Positions 12,226-25,965 of a stretch of 64,000 nucleotides of DNA are shown piece after piece (position 1 is the first letter of the stretch; each line of letters begins with the position of its first letter). The DNA comes from Paragordius varius (lineage: Eukaryota; Animalia; Nematomorpha). A model generated the notes under the pieces. It saw only the letters and a program-made list of their open reading frames with translations. It did no database searches and was not told the DNA's origin. A program made the position numbers and the translations under genes. The stretch covers positions 6,324,001 through 6,388,000 of the forward strand of contig OZ176052.1 in assembly GCA_964247055.1 (NCBI GenBank), read 5' to 3'.

Positions 12226-15200
12226 ATGAAAATTTGGTACTTGGTTTTTATATTTTCGGTTGTATTCTTAACCCTTGATGGAAAGTTATTGCGCAAGGTA
12301 TAATTATATTAGTAGTTATTAGTATGACTGTGCCTATAATTCATACAATTTTGATGGGTTGGTTTTCTTTAATTTTTTAGGGAACTCATTCCAAACCATA
12401 CACTTGATTTGGATGTTTCACCTAAAAACCGTTGGAATCATATTTTAGAATCCAAAAAAATAGAAGTTTTTTATATATTTCATATAATTTACTAGCTTTT
12501 AGAATTATTTGATGTATTTGAACAATTTGACAATGCATATTTTGATGGCCGTGTTTTAAAATTAGTTGATAAATACATCGTAATTTTTGTGTTATAATTT
12601 AGGGTGTATTTAACAATTTTCTCCCTTATCCATATAATGAAGAACTTTCTGGAATATCAGAGTTTACAGGGATAACTAAAGGTTTAGTTTTAATATTTCA
12701 ATTTAATGATTAAATTATAAATTATTTTTTGTTTAGGTCGCATAGTTATGTACAATGTATTTTATGAGCTATTTACGCTCTGTACCTCGATACTCGCTTT
12801 AGATCAGAATGCTACAAACCGAAATTCGAATCAAACCACTTTGTTTCATGTCCGCAATTTAGATTTTGGAATTTTTATGGGGTATATCACTGTTAAATTT
12901 CTTCTCTTTAAGGTGTTTTTCGTTAAATCACTTGTATTTATAGTTAAGAATATTGTTTTTTGGAGACTATTTTTTTGAATTTCTTTCCAAATTTTATATA
13001 TGTGCGTTTATCATTCACACTTTTTGTTGATTATTTTATAAATTAAAAAACGATTAATAACAATTTTAAAGCTTTTATCAAAAATCATCAATTCGTTTTA
13101 TTATTAATTCTTTAAAAACCTTTTTTAACGTCAAATCTTTCGCAATATTATATTTCCGTTTATCGATTCTATATATGATGTTTATAAGCCCCTCAATATT
13201 ATTTTACAACAAATAATTTCATTTAAGAATATTTATACGAACCTTAAATTCCGTAAACCTCGTTCTCTTATCTAAAACGTGTGTTTCTTGCTCTACCTTT
13301 CTAATCTTCGAGGGTTTATATATATTTGGAATTGTTTTTTTAATTTTCGACCCTATTATTTAAGAGTTACGTTCTTTATTGCATTAATTACGCGTATGAT
13401 TATGGTTTTAGATGATAAGAAAATTAGCAACTTTTTATTATCCTAAAAACAAATTTCGGAATCACGTCAACCTAATGAATCTTTGCAGTTTTTATGGTCT
13501 ATGAATAATTCGGTTCCTGTTATATTTAGGGCCTTCTTTTGACCCCTAGTTTTTACGTTTTACTTCTTATGATCATATTCGATTAATTTAATATTGATAG
13601 ATTTGTTTTGTTTAGATACTATTAAAAAACCATAGAAGTAGGTTATTTTTTTACAAAAACATAGCTTTACGTATTATCCCAATGCGTAATATAATTATAA
13701 ATCTAAAAATAATATTATGCTATAAATAAATATATCATTTTACGTTATATTTGAATTAAAGCATAAGTTATTTAAAAGCTCACTTGATGAAGGCAGGAAT
13801 TTACATATTTTTAATAAACGGTAGAACTGATTTTAAACAAGTGCTTTATATTTCAAATTCATAGATGGGATAAATTAAAACATGTATGGAAGATAAGCGA
13901 AGCGTTAAAACCTTTAACCGTTTCACTTGATTTTCAACGCAGCGATAAAACGGTTTATAAAGCCGTTACTTTTATTGGTCATATTGGTGTCTTGACTGCA
14001 ATGAAACCAGTAAGATGTTTACGCATATGAATTTTTTTTTATCTAGTGTAGATATTTTTAGAACCCATCTTTTTCATTATAAATGCTTTGGTTTAAAGAA
14101 GCAAATATGTCTCAGTTTAGACTCCAAACTAGCAATTTGGTTTATGTTTTTTAATGTAAAAAAAATTGTCTTTTTTTATTTAATCGTCTTATAAAAATTT
14201 GTAACAAAATATTAGAAAAAAACTATTTAAAAATATCACAAAATACGGAGCAATTCATTTTGGTAAAAAATTCAATCTTAAATAGCACTGGACAACAAAT
14301 TTTTCTGCCATTCGAGTTTTTTGCATTTTCTGATATTTAGTATCATTTTAACAGTAAATCTGAAATAAAAATTATAACTGGATGGAAGAATTTTGTATAA
14401 TTTGATTTTTTTGATTATGCGCCCTCTTTATCAAAATTTTACTAAAAAATGTTTTTCTTTGAAAATATACAAGTAATTCCCATTTGTAATATATCATTCG
14501 AAAGAGTAATAAAAACTCTATAAAATGCATACTAATATGTATTACATCGACAGTTAATATTGGACACAAAGAGCGACAAACGCGCGAAGCGAGAGCATTT
14601 TATTTAATTATTATATTTTAAAACTAATGGATGAAAATCGCTTTTGTTTAGATGGTGATGAATGTCCAAAAAAGATAACACAAAAAGTTTTTTTGATTAA
14701 AACATTTTTTATTGCTTTTATGTAAATAACAGCCATTTTTAAGTTTTTTGTTTTTTAAAAATTACCATCTCATCAATATTAATTTATTTTCTCTACGAGG
14801 CTGATAATTTCGAAATTTTAAAGATAAAAACAAAGTTTAAGGTATTTTTGATCTTTTATAGCCATTATTTAATAAATTTACAGTTATAACTATGCATTTT
14901 AGTATCCACTAGGTAAAATATTTATGATAATAATAATTTTAAAAAGCAAACCAAAAGCTTTTTCAAACATTTTTTTTAAATAAAATATTAATATAACCCT
15001 AATAATTATATTAAAATAATTTATATGACTTTCAAATTAGTTTGTCTGTGAAAATTCTTGACTTATTTTAGGATTGAAAATTTCGACCATTTAAATCCAA
15101 ATAACTTTTACATCCGATTGATTTAAATGACTTACTACCATTTAAAAGATGCAGTTTTTTGCGCTCTTTCGAATGATATAAAATACATGGCTTCATATCT

Positions 15201-17689
15201 AAAACTTTTAGTTTTCGAAATTTCGAGTTTAATGTTAAATCGGGGCCAAAAATTATCGATAAACTCTAATATAAAAAAATTCTTGCATGCTAGACCAATT
15301 TTCTTTTAAGATATACTAATTAAGTACTTTAATGAAATAAATTTTAAATTTACAAGAATGGCAGTTAAAGAAAGTTAAAATTTGTTGTCTAGTGTAGTTT
15401 TGTCACCAGTATATAAAACTAAAAATATAACTTTTTGCGCTTTTTTTACTAATGAATTGAATTCTTAATTCTTTTTGCCTATATTTGGGTAACATTCTGC
15501 TAAATAACATTTTCTTTTTTAGCCACCTACCTATTAAATGGCTAGAATAATTATTGTTCCAATCATTATGCCATTTTCATTTTATATACATACCAACTAT
15601 TATTTAACATTTTTTTACTTTTTTAGGGCAAATTTTCTCTTACCGTTAATGAACGATTTGATGCCAATGGCGGATTTATTGGTTAATAATTTTATATATA
15701 AACAGTCGACCCTCTTCTCATAATGACAAATTTATGGGTATATGGAACACCCTCATAATGGGCTAAAAATAAGGAAATTACATTTAATCATTTTTACAAA
15801 TACCGTTGGCCCAAATTGTCTCAACTAAGTTTCGAAAAATAAAGGGATATTTATCACCATTATTATTTATTAAATTATATTTATGGATATTAATTTTTAT
15901 ATATATAAAAAGAATCATGATGCGTGTAACAATGAATTATGATGAGGGTCCACTGTAATCCTTTCAAATAACTTTTTTATCCATCTAATAGAGAATATGC
16001 TTTATATATATTATTCAATATATGTATTAAGGTATAATTATGTGGCTTTTGGGAGATCGGAAAACACAGTGGCTTTCCTTTCTCACGCGGGATGTGATGG
16101 AAAAGGCGGAAAGCTTTTCGGAAGCCAAAAAGATTCTCAGCAAAGTTCCTCTCATCGCACCTGTCTATTTCGTTTTGGGTGGAATTGATCGATCTCAGGT
16201 AAAAAGTTATTTAATTTTTTGAAATTGTATGATTTTTCAATGGTAAATGACGGATTGATTATGTTTGGTAATAACAGTTGTTAAGTCCATAAGATAATGA
16301 ATGATAAACGAAAATTAAATAGAAAATTAATTGAAAGTTATATTTATTAACAGTAATTATTTACGATATGAGAAACCCTTTCGTTTATAGTAATCGCAGA
16401 CTAGTTTCGTGCTTGTCATGAATGTCGATTAAATTTAATATAAATTCGTATAACACACTGCATTTATATTAAAATTGCAAAGTTATATAATACGAAATCG
16501 ATATGTGAAAAACCAAATAGTTGTGTCGTACTGTGAGTGCTAACAAGCACGGAACTAGTCTGCGATTACTATTGACCAAAGGGTTTCATACATCGTTTAT
16601 AATTTCTGTTAATATACTTTAATCAATTTTCTATTAAATTTTCGTTTATCATATTCTTACGGATTTAACAACTGTTATATGATTTTGCGTTTAAATTTTT
16701 AAAATACACCGTATTTTTTTAATTTTGGAAAAATTTGGCCAAATATAGATTATGCTAGATAGAATAGATTAATTTTCAAATCTAATATATGTGGTAATTT
16801 TTCAAATATATTGTGTATATAATGATTACATAATTATTAAACCTATTCTAGGCTGATATTATTACGCGCTCGAGACGTCGGCTTAAACATGATCAAGGTT
16901 TTAATGAATGTTGTAAAGATGAAACGTTGTTTAATCAAGTAATATTCATGTTTAATATAAATTAATTCATATTTTTTAATCTATATGAATTGTTGTTTTT
17001 TTAAAGTTACCACCCTTTTTATTTTTTTATAGCATGTTTTTTTGTTTAATAGGCCATTTTTGCTTATACGCTTATCGTATGCATTTTTATGCTATTAGAA
17101 CAATGATATAAATAATTCTACATTCAATGAAACTGTCCTATTTAATTACCAAACTTCGTCGAAAAAGAAATCCGATTCCAACAACTGGTTTTTGCTACAA
17201 ACTAACAATGATTGGAACAAAAAATCGTACTTTGATGATAGATATGAACGTGCTAGTGAATGTTTACGCGAAACGCAACAAAAAAATCTGGTAAAAAATT
17301 ATTTTTTCAGAGGTCCTCCAAAAATATGGGCATTTTTAACAGACCCAAAAATGATTTTATTTTTTATTTTGCTGTAAATTCTAATTGATAATAATTTGAT
17401 TTGTCTCAAAAATTAACGATAATATAATTTATAGTTTTTATATTTACACAGAGCATTGGATTTCCTTCACTCTATGATGTATTATCTACAAGACCAGTAT
17501 TAAATAAAGTAAGTATATCTAATAACTTAAAAAGTGCAGTTATAATTAATTAAATTTTGCGCTAAGAGGTGTTGATTGCTTCATTGATTGGCATAAAAAT
17601 GCTATAAAACATCTAAAAATATTGGCGAAAACCGATTGGGTGCTTTGTATTAGCATTTAATTTTATTAACGAATGCTGAAAATCGAGTT

Positions 17690-17731
<42 letters not shown>

Positions 17732-18118
17732 AATTTTTAAACAACTTTTTTTAGCGGATTCACCGCTATTTTTGAGGTTATGTTCAAAATATTTATTGTT
17801 TAAGATGGTAAATAATCGGTTTTGCCATTAATAATTATAAAATGATATTAAAAATTTCCAAAACCCATTTTTTTAAAAAAGAATAACACTTTTACCCACA
17901 GAAAAGGTTTGCTTCTTTTAATTTAAATGTAATATATTATTTAAATACGCCGAAAAATTTTAAATAAATGTGCCAACATTATAGCCATCTACTATTTATA
18001 TCTTTTATTTTTTTATAATCATTACTAGTTAACTATTTATACAACGCTCATGAACACACGAAAAGGGGTTATGGAAACATACTTAAGGAATTGTTATGAT
18101 CCTTGCCCTCCTTGGTAA
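12226..18118 (+). CDS. ASAH1: Acid ceramidase (Ntn-hydrolase)
   Basis: Exons 12226-12297, 12323-12357, 12381-12465, 12496-12579, 12603-12681, 12737-12881, 13865-14009, 15627-15681, 16032-16198, 16852-16938, 17099-17290, 17452-17508, 18029-18118. Signal peptide [19 protein letters not shown], nucleophile [48 protein letters not shown], and C-terminal CYDPCPPW-stop. Confidence 0.95.
16271..16678. mobile_element. MITE with about 145-bp terminal inverted repeats in ASAH1 intron 9
   Basis: ataacagttgttaag..gtaatcgcagactagtttcgtgcttgt (to about 16416) mirrors acaagcacggaactagtctgcgattac..ttaacaactgttat (from about 16543). Confidence 0.8.
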
Positions 18119-18226
18119 AGAAAAATCAGTATTAACCCACTAAATATTAGGGATTCTCAATTTATTACATATATTTAAAAAAATAAATTTTGCAAAGATA
18201 GATAAAATTTTATTAACCACATACAA

Positions 18227-21200
18227 TCAATCATGATGAAATTTGTTAAATATAAAATGTATTATGTGCTGTTCGTTCGTTATAGCTCTGCAATTTCCAT
18301 ACCTTGTCTTATAGTAATCATTGCAAATTCCTATAACATATGAATCGTCGGCCAATTGTTGTAAGAGAGACCAAAAATGTTGTTTAGATGTGTAATCAAA
18401 GAGCTTCAGTAGTTCTTTTACATTGTTATCAAACACTATTTATAAAACAAAGATTGAGAAATTTAAGTGATATACATTATTTATTTTATAATTGTTAAAA
18501 AAACCCTGTTTTGGCAATAAAAAGATGACAAAATTTGCCCCTTTTCCCTTGTAAAATGGTGTAATCAAGTATTGAATTTGTATATTGAAGAATGGAAAGG
18601 TTTTTGGTTTAGTTACATATTCGGTTATATCGTTCAACTCAATCACTTTTGTGTATATTCCATTTTTAACCTGTCATTTTTAGTAAGTTTTATTGTACCG
18701 TGTCACCTTCGTTTGTTCCGTCATATCTTGAGCTAATCACATAATATTTTAAGGCGGAATCCAGTATAATACTTATATTAATTTGTTTATCATATTCTTT
18801 TGTGTGTAAAAGTGTAATGTTAGTAATTATTGGGCCATCTAGGGAACATAAGACAAATTTAAAAAATGTGTAATTGCTTTTTGAAATAATGATTTTTTAT
18901 TATCTGCAAAAATTGATTTACCTTGTAACAATTTTATTTCTTTGGATTCAAGACCCGTTATGAAATATTGATATTTAGTTTCGTTTACCTCGCAATGTAT
19001 ATTCTCAATATATGCATTATTCTAAATATTGAAAATAGATTATACTTTGAAACAGTAGTTATGACTCCTATTTGTACGGGTATCTAAATTATAATAAAAT
19101 TTTTATCAGCATAATTAATTTGTCCTTTGGTGTTTTACAGAGGGTGAAGCCTTGGTTAATTAGAAAAGCGTTATACTAAATTTTTAATTACTCGGTAAAT
19201 ACCTAAATACATTTTTTTGAATCCATATAATATCATAGGTTGAAAATTAGCTTAAGCCATGTTGTTTTTATATGGCGCATTTTTAGAGGGTGGAACCCTA
19301 ACTACCAGGTAATTAAAAAGGTCCTGGACTATGTTGCTGTTAGAAAAAAAAGCTAAAAACCCTTAATGAAATATGGTTACTTTACTAAACCCAGCGCCTA
19401 ATTAAAAAAGCGCTGGGTAAAAGAAGTGTTTGGCCTTATACTTCAGACTACTTAAACCACTATTAATTTTATATATAGTCTCATACAGTTCCCACCTATA
19501 TTTTATTGAAGTTATTAAAGAAGTGCTTATGATCATGAATCAGCAAGTGGTTAAAATCGTTTAATATTTTTTATTCAAAAATCAAACTATAAATAATACC
19601 TTGTCCTTTGTGGTCCAAACCAGGAATTATAGAAATTCGTATCATTTGTGCTGAGAGAGGTAATTTTAACAGATATTGGTTTGTTTTCAGCTAATAAAAT
19701 ATTAGTTTGATTATTTATTAAATATTTTCAAGTATTTTCAAAATTATAAAATACCTGTATGTATTCAGTATTTTCGTTTGTCACCATTTTTAGGAAATAG
19801 TTTATTATATTAATATATTTGAGAAAAGTCGTTTTTACAGAAACAGTGACTGCATCTATCCTTTTATATTGAATATCTAAATAAATAAATAAATAAAAGT
19901 TTAAAATAAATTATTATGGTCAAATCTATATATAGATTCAAAATTTTTTTGAATAAGGAACATCTCTTGTAGTTGTTTTCTCCACAACGTTCTATTATGG
20001 GCTAAGTCTATATCTATCTGCAGGTATGATTTATTGGGTCTGCCCGCTTTAGGTGCGGTGTCGACCTTTTTACATGGTTTATGTGGGACGGATCACTACG
20101 GTGTATGTAACCCGCTCATCTTAACCTACCCATTTGGAAAATACGGATATTAATTTTATTTTCAGAACTGCGTGGAAGTCATAGTTCGTTGTGTAATTTC
20201 CCTTCTTGGAATCGTGTAAATCTAAGATTGTATATGAAAGTCCACGTTCTAATTGAAATAATTTAGCGTTCGTGTTTGTCAGTGCCCATGTTCCCGATGT
20301 GTATTTTAACACCGGTTGAATCGCTTTGGTAAATTGTGCTATTGTTGCGAGTTTAATATATCTTTTAATAGAATAGTTTTCTACGAGTGGGATTTTTTTC
20401 AGAGAGCTATGGGATGATTGACAGCTTCTTCGAGTCCCCACCTGCTGATACCTTATCTCCCAAATAAGAAAGTTCTCAACTGTCTCAATCCCAAACTTGT
20501 TGATGATAATGTAATTAGGACTCGTAGATTTTTTTCATTATTTTCGGCATATATTTTCTGTGTGTTTAAATTTCTTATTTTAATTACAAAATTTTGACCA
20601 ATAAAACAAGGTTCAAAATAACGCTAATAACACTGGACATTGATTTACCCACCATATTTTTGTGTTTTTAATATAGGTAAATCATTTTTTTAGTGAGTTA
20701 TAGATTATTTTGCTGCTGGCGTAGGATGCTAGGTTACACATGGAAAGCTAAAATCAATAATGAGCTAACTACACAGATAAATCCTAAAACAACTTAGAGA
20801 TAATTCAAAGAAAGTTATCATATTTTGGTCCTGTCATGCATAATTGAAAGAGAAATGGCAAGATTGAACCTAGATATACTGGCTTTAACGGAGACAGCAA
20901 AAAGGTAGCGAGAAACCATAAAACGAAAAATATACCGGGAGAGATGACCCAAAACTCAGAAGGCGTTGCGTTAATAAAAAATGAATTTAATGAAATCTCA
21001 TTAGTTTTACACCATACACGCCCAGAATTATGAGTATTAGGCCTAATGCTAAGCTACTTAAAATTACATACATAGTGGTCTATGCTCCTACGTCAAATGC
21101 TCCTAAAGAATACATAGAGGATTTTTATGCAAAGTTGCAAATAGTTTTGGATGAAACGAAGAAAGGATATATTTATCCTAGGAAATGATTGGAACACCAA

Positions 21201-24200
21201 AGTTGGTAGAGTAAATCAAATAGTCGGGCCATATGGATTGGGAGAACGAAACGAGGCTGGGGAGGCATTGATCAATTTTCACCAGAATACGAGATGATGA
21301 TAACTAACACATTGTTTGCACAACACAATAACAGGCTATACACATGGACCGTGCGGCAAACACAAAAATCAAATCTGCTATATAATATGTCCACAAAAAT
21401 GGAAAGGCTCTATACTCGATGCAAGAATACGCAAAACAGTGATAGCTCTAGCGATTGTGAGCTTTTAATAACAAAAATAAACTCAAAATAAAAATAACGT
21501 TGAACAGACATACAGATATGTTACCCTAAACATATCAAATAGATGTAGATCAGAAACAAAAGATAGATTAGGCAATGTAGTACCGAACAACTATGGGCGA
21601 AAAATGTTATAAATGAAGTGGCCAAGGAAAAAGTGCAAAGGGTAAAGAGGAAATAAATAAATGCCATAAGAGTTTAGAGATAGCATAAAAATAAAGCTAA
21701 ATCAAGCGGGGATAAATGTGGTTAAAATATATGACAAAGAATAACGACAAACAAGGAAAGATTATGAAGACTTTCCTAATAAGCAATATCGCGAAGTGGA
21801 AGAAATAATAAAAAAAGGAATTAATGCAGCCAATGTTCTAAAGAGATAAGCAAATGACTCACAAATCCCATATATTATCCCAAAGATTAAAAAAGAATGG
21901 CACCATTTTGTGCAAACAAACAGAAATACGAGAAAGAGGGATGGAATACACGCAAAACCTCTATTAGGCCCCTCAAGCAATAGGATTACAATCAAAAGAG
22001 GAAGAAGGCGATCCAGATAAACTTATAGAGGAGGTTAAATTTGCCTTAAAATTCCTAATAACAAAGCAATGGGATTAGACAATATTCAATAGAGTTCATA
22101 AATATTCGTGTAGAAACGTTACACAAGTTATGCTAAAAAGTGTGGGAAACATGTGAGTGGCCAAAAGAATGAATATCATCTTATCTTTTAATATACAAAA
22201 AGGTGATGTACTCCAGTGCGAAAACTACTGAAACAAGCTCTTATTAGCCACGCTAGTCAGTGATGCTAAAAATAATACAAAACAGGACACACAGTATTAT
22301 ACAGTCAGGCATACCAGAAAATCAGGCCGGATTTATGAAGGAAAAAAGTACAAGAGACCATATATCAAACATAAGAAGGATATGGAAATATCTAGAAAGT
22401 TTCAGAAAGAATTATATATGCGTTATTCGATAATAATTCCTTATAATTTAAAATTAATATTTTTTATCTAAACCAAACAAAGAGCGATTATTACCCATCT
22501 CGAAAGTAGTCAAACAAGGGTGTTATCCCCTTATCTGTACAATATATATACCAATGTTTGGGAAGGTAGAAGGGCAAAGGAAATGAGGCCGATTACCGAT
22601 AAGGTGGTGACATGATAAAAGAGGAGACTAAGATGACACGATTAGAATGTAGCGGTAAAAGGTAGAAAGAAGTCAAAATCAATAGTGCAAACTATATCCA
22701 AAAAGTCGTTTACGACTTAGGAATAACCAACCAAATTTTATAGATTTTTCTGCAAAATACCAATAAAAATCTTTTGACCGATAAAAATGAAATAATAAAT
22801 TAAATTACTCACGAAAGATTATTAAAATTAAAAGGATTATCATAGAGTAAAACGGCTAACATTTATTGGTAAGATTAAAGGGTGAAATTATATTGCGTTT
22901 GTGTTTCAATTTATAATATATTTGTTAACTTATTAAACAAAATTTATTTTATTATTAATAAATATAATATCTTGGTTTTTGCTCATTTGTATTTTCAGTT
23001 AAATCCTTTATTTACTACGCTATATGGTTCAATCTGAAAATGCTTCTAAATTTTATTGTTTAATTTAGGAATTCCCAACATGCGGCCCAATAAGATATTT
23101 TATCAACTGCAAGGCACATTTAAAAATTGGCATTTCTTAAAAAAGATTGCATTTGAATAATTTAAATTTTGGCCTGAAAATTTGTAAAGGAAATAGAATT
23201 TGTTTTGTGGTAAATTTTTTAGTCTTATGTTTGGAATCTAATAAAATATTATCAAATGCTCATATATTTTGCAAAATGCCACACGTCGTTTTTGGGTAGA
23301 ATATGCAGCCCACAAAGCTATTTGTGTTGAGCGTCTTCTTTTAGTTCTCGCTACCTAAAGTCGATAAAGCTCTTTTATAACTAGGTAATATCGAATCGGT
23401 ATACCCATTATAGATTTTCCAATTTTAAAACATAAATATATTATATTATAGTAATATTCACCCATTCGCCCAAAGTTCATTAGCATATCTAATAATTCAT
23501 TGTCATCTATATCTTCAAACAGTTCTTCCAGGCCTGAAAATAAAAAACCCTTTAATTTAAAAAATCTCCCTTTATTTGTAAATGTGGAACATTCCATTTG
23601 TTTCTTTTTAGCGAGTGTATTTTTAAAAGCATTCATAAATACAATTCTATAAAATTTTTAGTAACTAGTGCAATAAATTTTTAAAAATTGTTAATTTTAA
23701 ATATTAGCGGATTTATGAATCTTCATGCACCTGAAAAAACTTATAAAATTAAGATTGGTCCATTGCACGGTAACTAACGAGTTAAGAAATGTTGTAATAT
23801 AGTTTAAAACACCATACATTTAGAAAAGCCTTAAAAATTTCGTTATTATAAAAATTATAATAATTAACTAAACCTTATAACTTACATTCCTCCTTAAAGC
23901 TGGCTCCGATCAACCTTGGGTTACTAAGTTTTGCCATTGTATTCTCTAATTTGGAAGGTAAATTTTTAATTATTATTCTCATAATTTTACGAATCTACTC
24001 AAACACGTTTTTGAATTTATCTTACCCAAAGGTAATAAATGTACCATTTTTTTCAAGTAAACGCAACACTTTTTCAACCATACCCATCAACGCTAGAAAT
24101 AATTAGTCAAACAAATTGGGCAATTTAAAATAATGGGTTTTTTAAAAATAATTATTAATAAAATATTATTTATTTAATATTTACTATTGATAAGTTATTT

Positions 24201-24677
24201 CGAGAATGCCAAATTGTATTTAGTTCCAAAGAATAATGAACATTTGATAAAATACCCGATATATTTCATTAAAATTACCTTTTATCATGTAATATTTTAA
24301 TTAATTATTATATGATTGCGTTGTTTTTTGGAAACCGTGGTTTTGGGTTTTTTGCAAGATTTTAGTCTATTGCAAAAGAACGTATCTAGCACTCAATACC
24401 TTTTAGGTCCCAGGGCGATTAGATTATAAATAGTTAAAACCATTTAGGATTTTGGTCAAATTTAAAAATAAGCATTTCATCTAAATAGTTTAAAATGTAA
24501 AATGGCCCTCAACTTTTATTTACCACTACGAAAAAAATGTTAAAAAAATAAATAAATATATACTAATTAAAAGTATTTACCGCATTCGTTTAATAATGGT
24601 CCGATATTATTTGAAGTACATAGTATCAAGTTTAATCCAGAAAGGAATATGGACACCATGATTTGAACTAGAATCAT
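18227..24677 (-). CDS. Multi-exon gene for a putative secreted protein of unknown family
   Basis: First exon 24677-24581 encodes signal-like MILVQIMVSIFLSGLNLILCTS. Phase-consistent chain 19083-19046, 19021-18922, 18838-18699, 18670 onward. Further open segments lie near 24090, 23640-23460, 19876-19755 and 19690-19601, and the terminal ORF is 18436-18227. Middle exons are not fully resolved, so joining all parts into one gene is an inference. Confidence 0.6.
19945..20460 (-). mobile_element. 3' fragment of an RTE-like LINE
   Basis: Minus-strand peptides AIQPVLKYTSGTWALT (cf. PVLxYGSETW) and AGRPNKSYL..DLAHNRTLWRKQL, typical of the RTE C-terminus. Confidence 0.7.
20700..22560 (+). mobile_element. 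Degenerate RTE (BovB-like) LINE
   Basis: Fragments EMARLNLDILALTET, VYAPTS, GLGERNEAGE, TNTLF..RLYTW, EEVKFAL, WETCEWPKE, QAGFM..STRDHI, LSPYLYNIY, broken by many stops and frameshifts. Confidence 0.85.
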
Positions 24678-25965
24678 ACTTATGTTTTTTAGTCTTCCAC
24701 GTAAAATACCGATATTTTAACTTGTTATTATAAAATTTTAGTTTGGTTTTTTTATTGTTATTGTTTTTTGTTATACTACAGTAAATATATGTACCTTATA
24801 ATCCTATAAATAATTATTTTACCATACACCAGAGCATTAAAAAGTGTAAATAAGTTGGTTTACATTTATAGGGGTAAAAATTGAAATAACCTTAATTTTT
24901 AAACTTTGATTTTTCTTACATAACCTGTATAAATACAATTTAGATTATATTTAAGTGTATTGGCAAATCACATCTCTTATTTCCATTACAACGCAATACG
25001 ATAATATTATTTGAAAAATTAAGGTAGTATAAAAATATGGTTGTTTTTAAAAAATTATATTTGTCTTATTGCTTCCAGGTTTTTTCTGTGAAAATTTGTG
25101 CAATGATAAGATCATTAGTAAATATAACAAATAATATGCCAACTAAAATTTATTTATGATTTCTCAACAAAATAGTTTAGTGGCAATGCTTATTTCACTT
25201 TCTTATAATTCAATATCCGTGCGCATACACTATTGTTTTAAAATTATCGTTATTCATATGTACTATGGGACGTATTATTTTATGGAGTGGAAAATTAACC
25301 CTGGCGTTAACTCCATAAAATGTCGTGATAATGAAATAGTAAATCATGTGTTTAGAAAAGCTTACCCCTTTTGCCGACGATCGTCCTAAATATTTTAGGA
25401 TAAAATATATGATGTCTCATAATTTTCAAAAATTTGCTATAAAAATAATTATAAATACTTGTTTTTGCGAAAAATGCTAATTTTAACCTAGTGTACGGCT
25501 GAACTCTGTAATAAATTCAAAAGAATGGCCCAGCTATGCCTGGCGTATTATGAGTAACTTTTATATTTGAATAAATGAACATGTTCGTTGAAAATTCTTC
25601 AAAAACATTATACCAATGATACTCACAAAAAACATTTAAAGGGCCTCAAATAATATTTATCTTGTCTCAAGGGCCTTGTAACATATAATACCGATAAAAA
25701 TACTTATTAGTCGGTTGCTGATATTTTTACTTAAAATAAAAGTTTTGAGGCGCGGTTTGAGTATCACTGCATTATACATTTTGAAAATTGTTATTATTCA
25801 TTAAAATTTTGTTTTTTGGTATTTTGATGTCATTACGATGAGTTTAGAACATTAATAGGTCGATGTTTGAAACATCCAAACCTCGTATAATCTGGTTGAA
25901 TTCCTACAAGCAAACCGATTTTTAGTATTAGAAAAAAATGAATTGAATTAGATTTATATTAATTA

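Noticed and set aside
25278-25320. Small hairpin ttttatggag..ctccataaaa
   Set aside because: AT-rich stem with no family features; plausible by chance.
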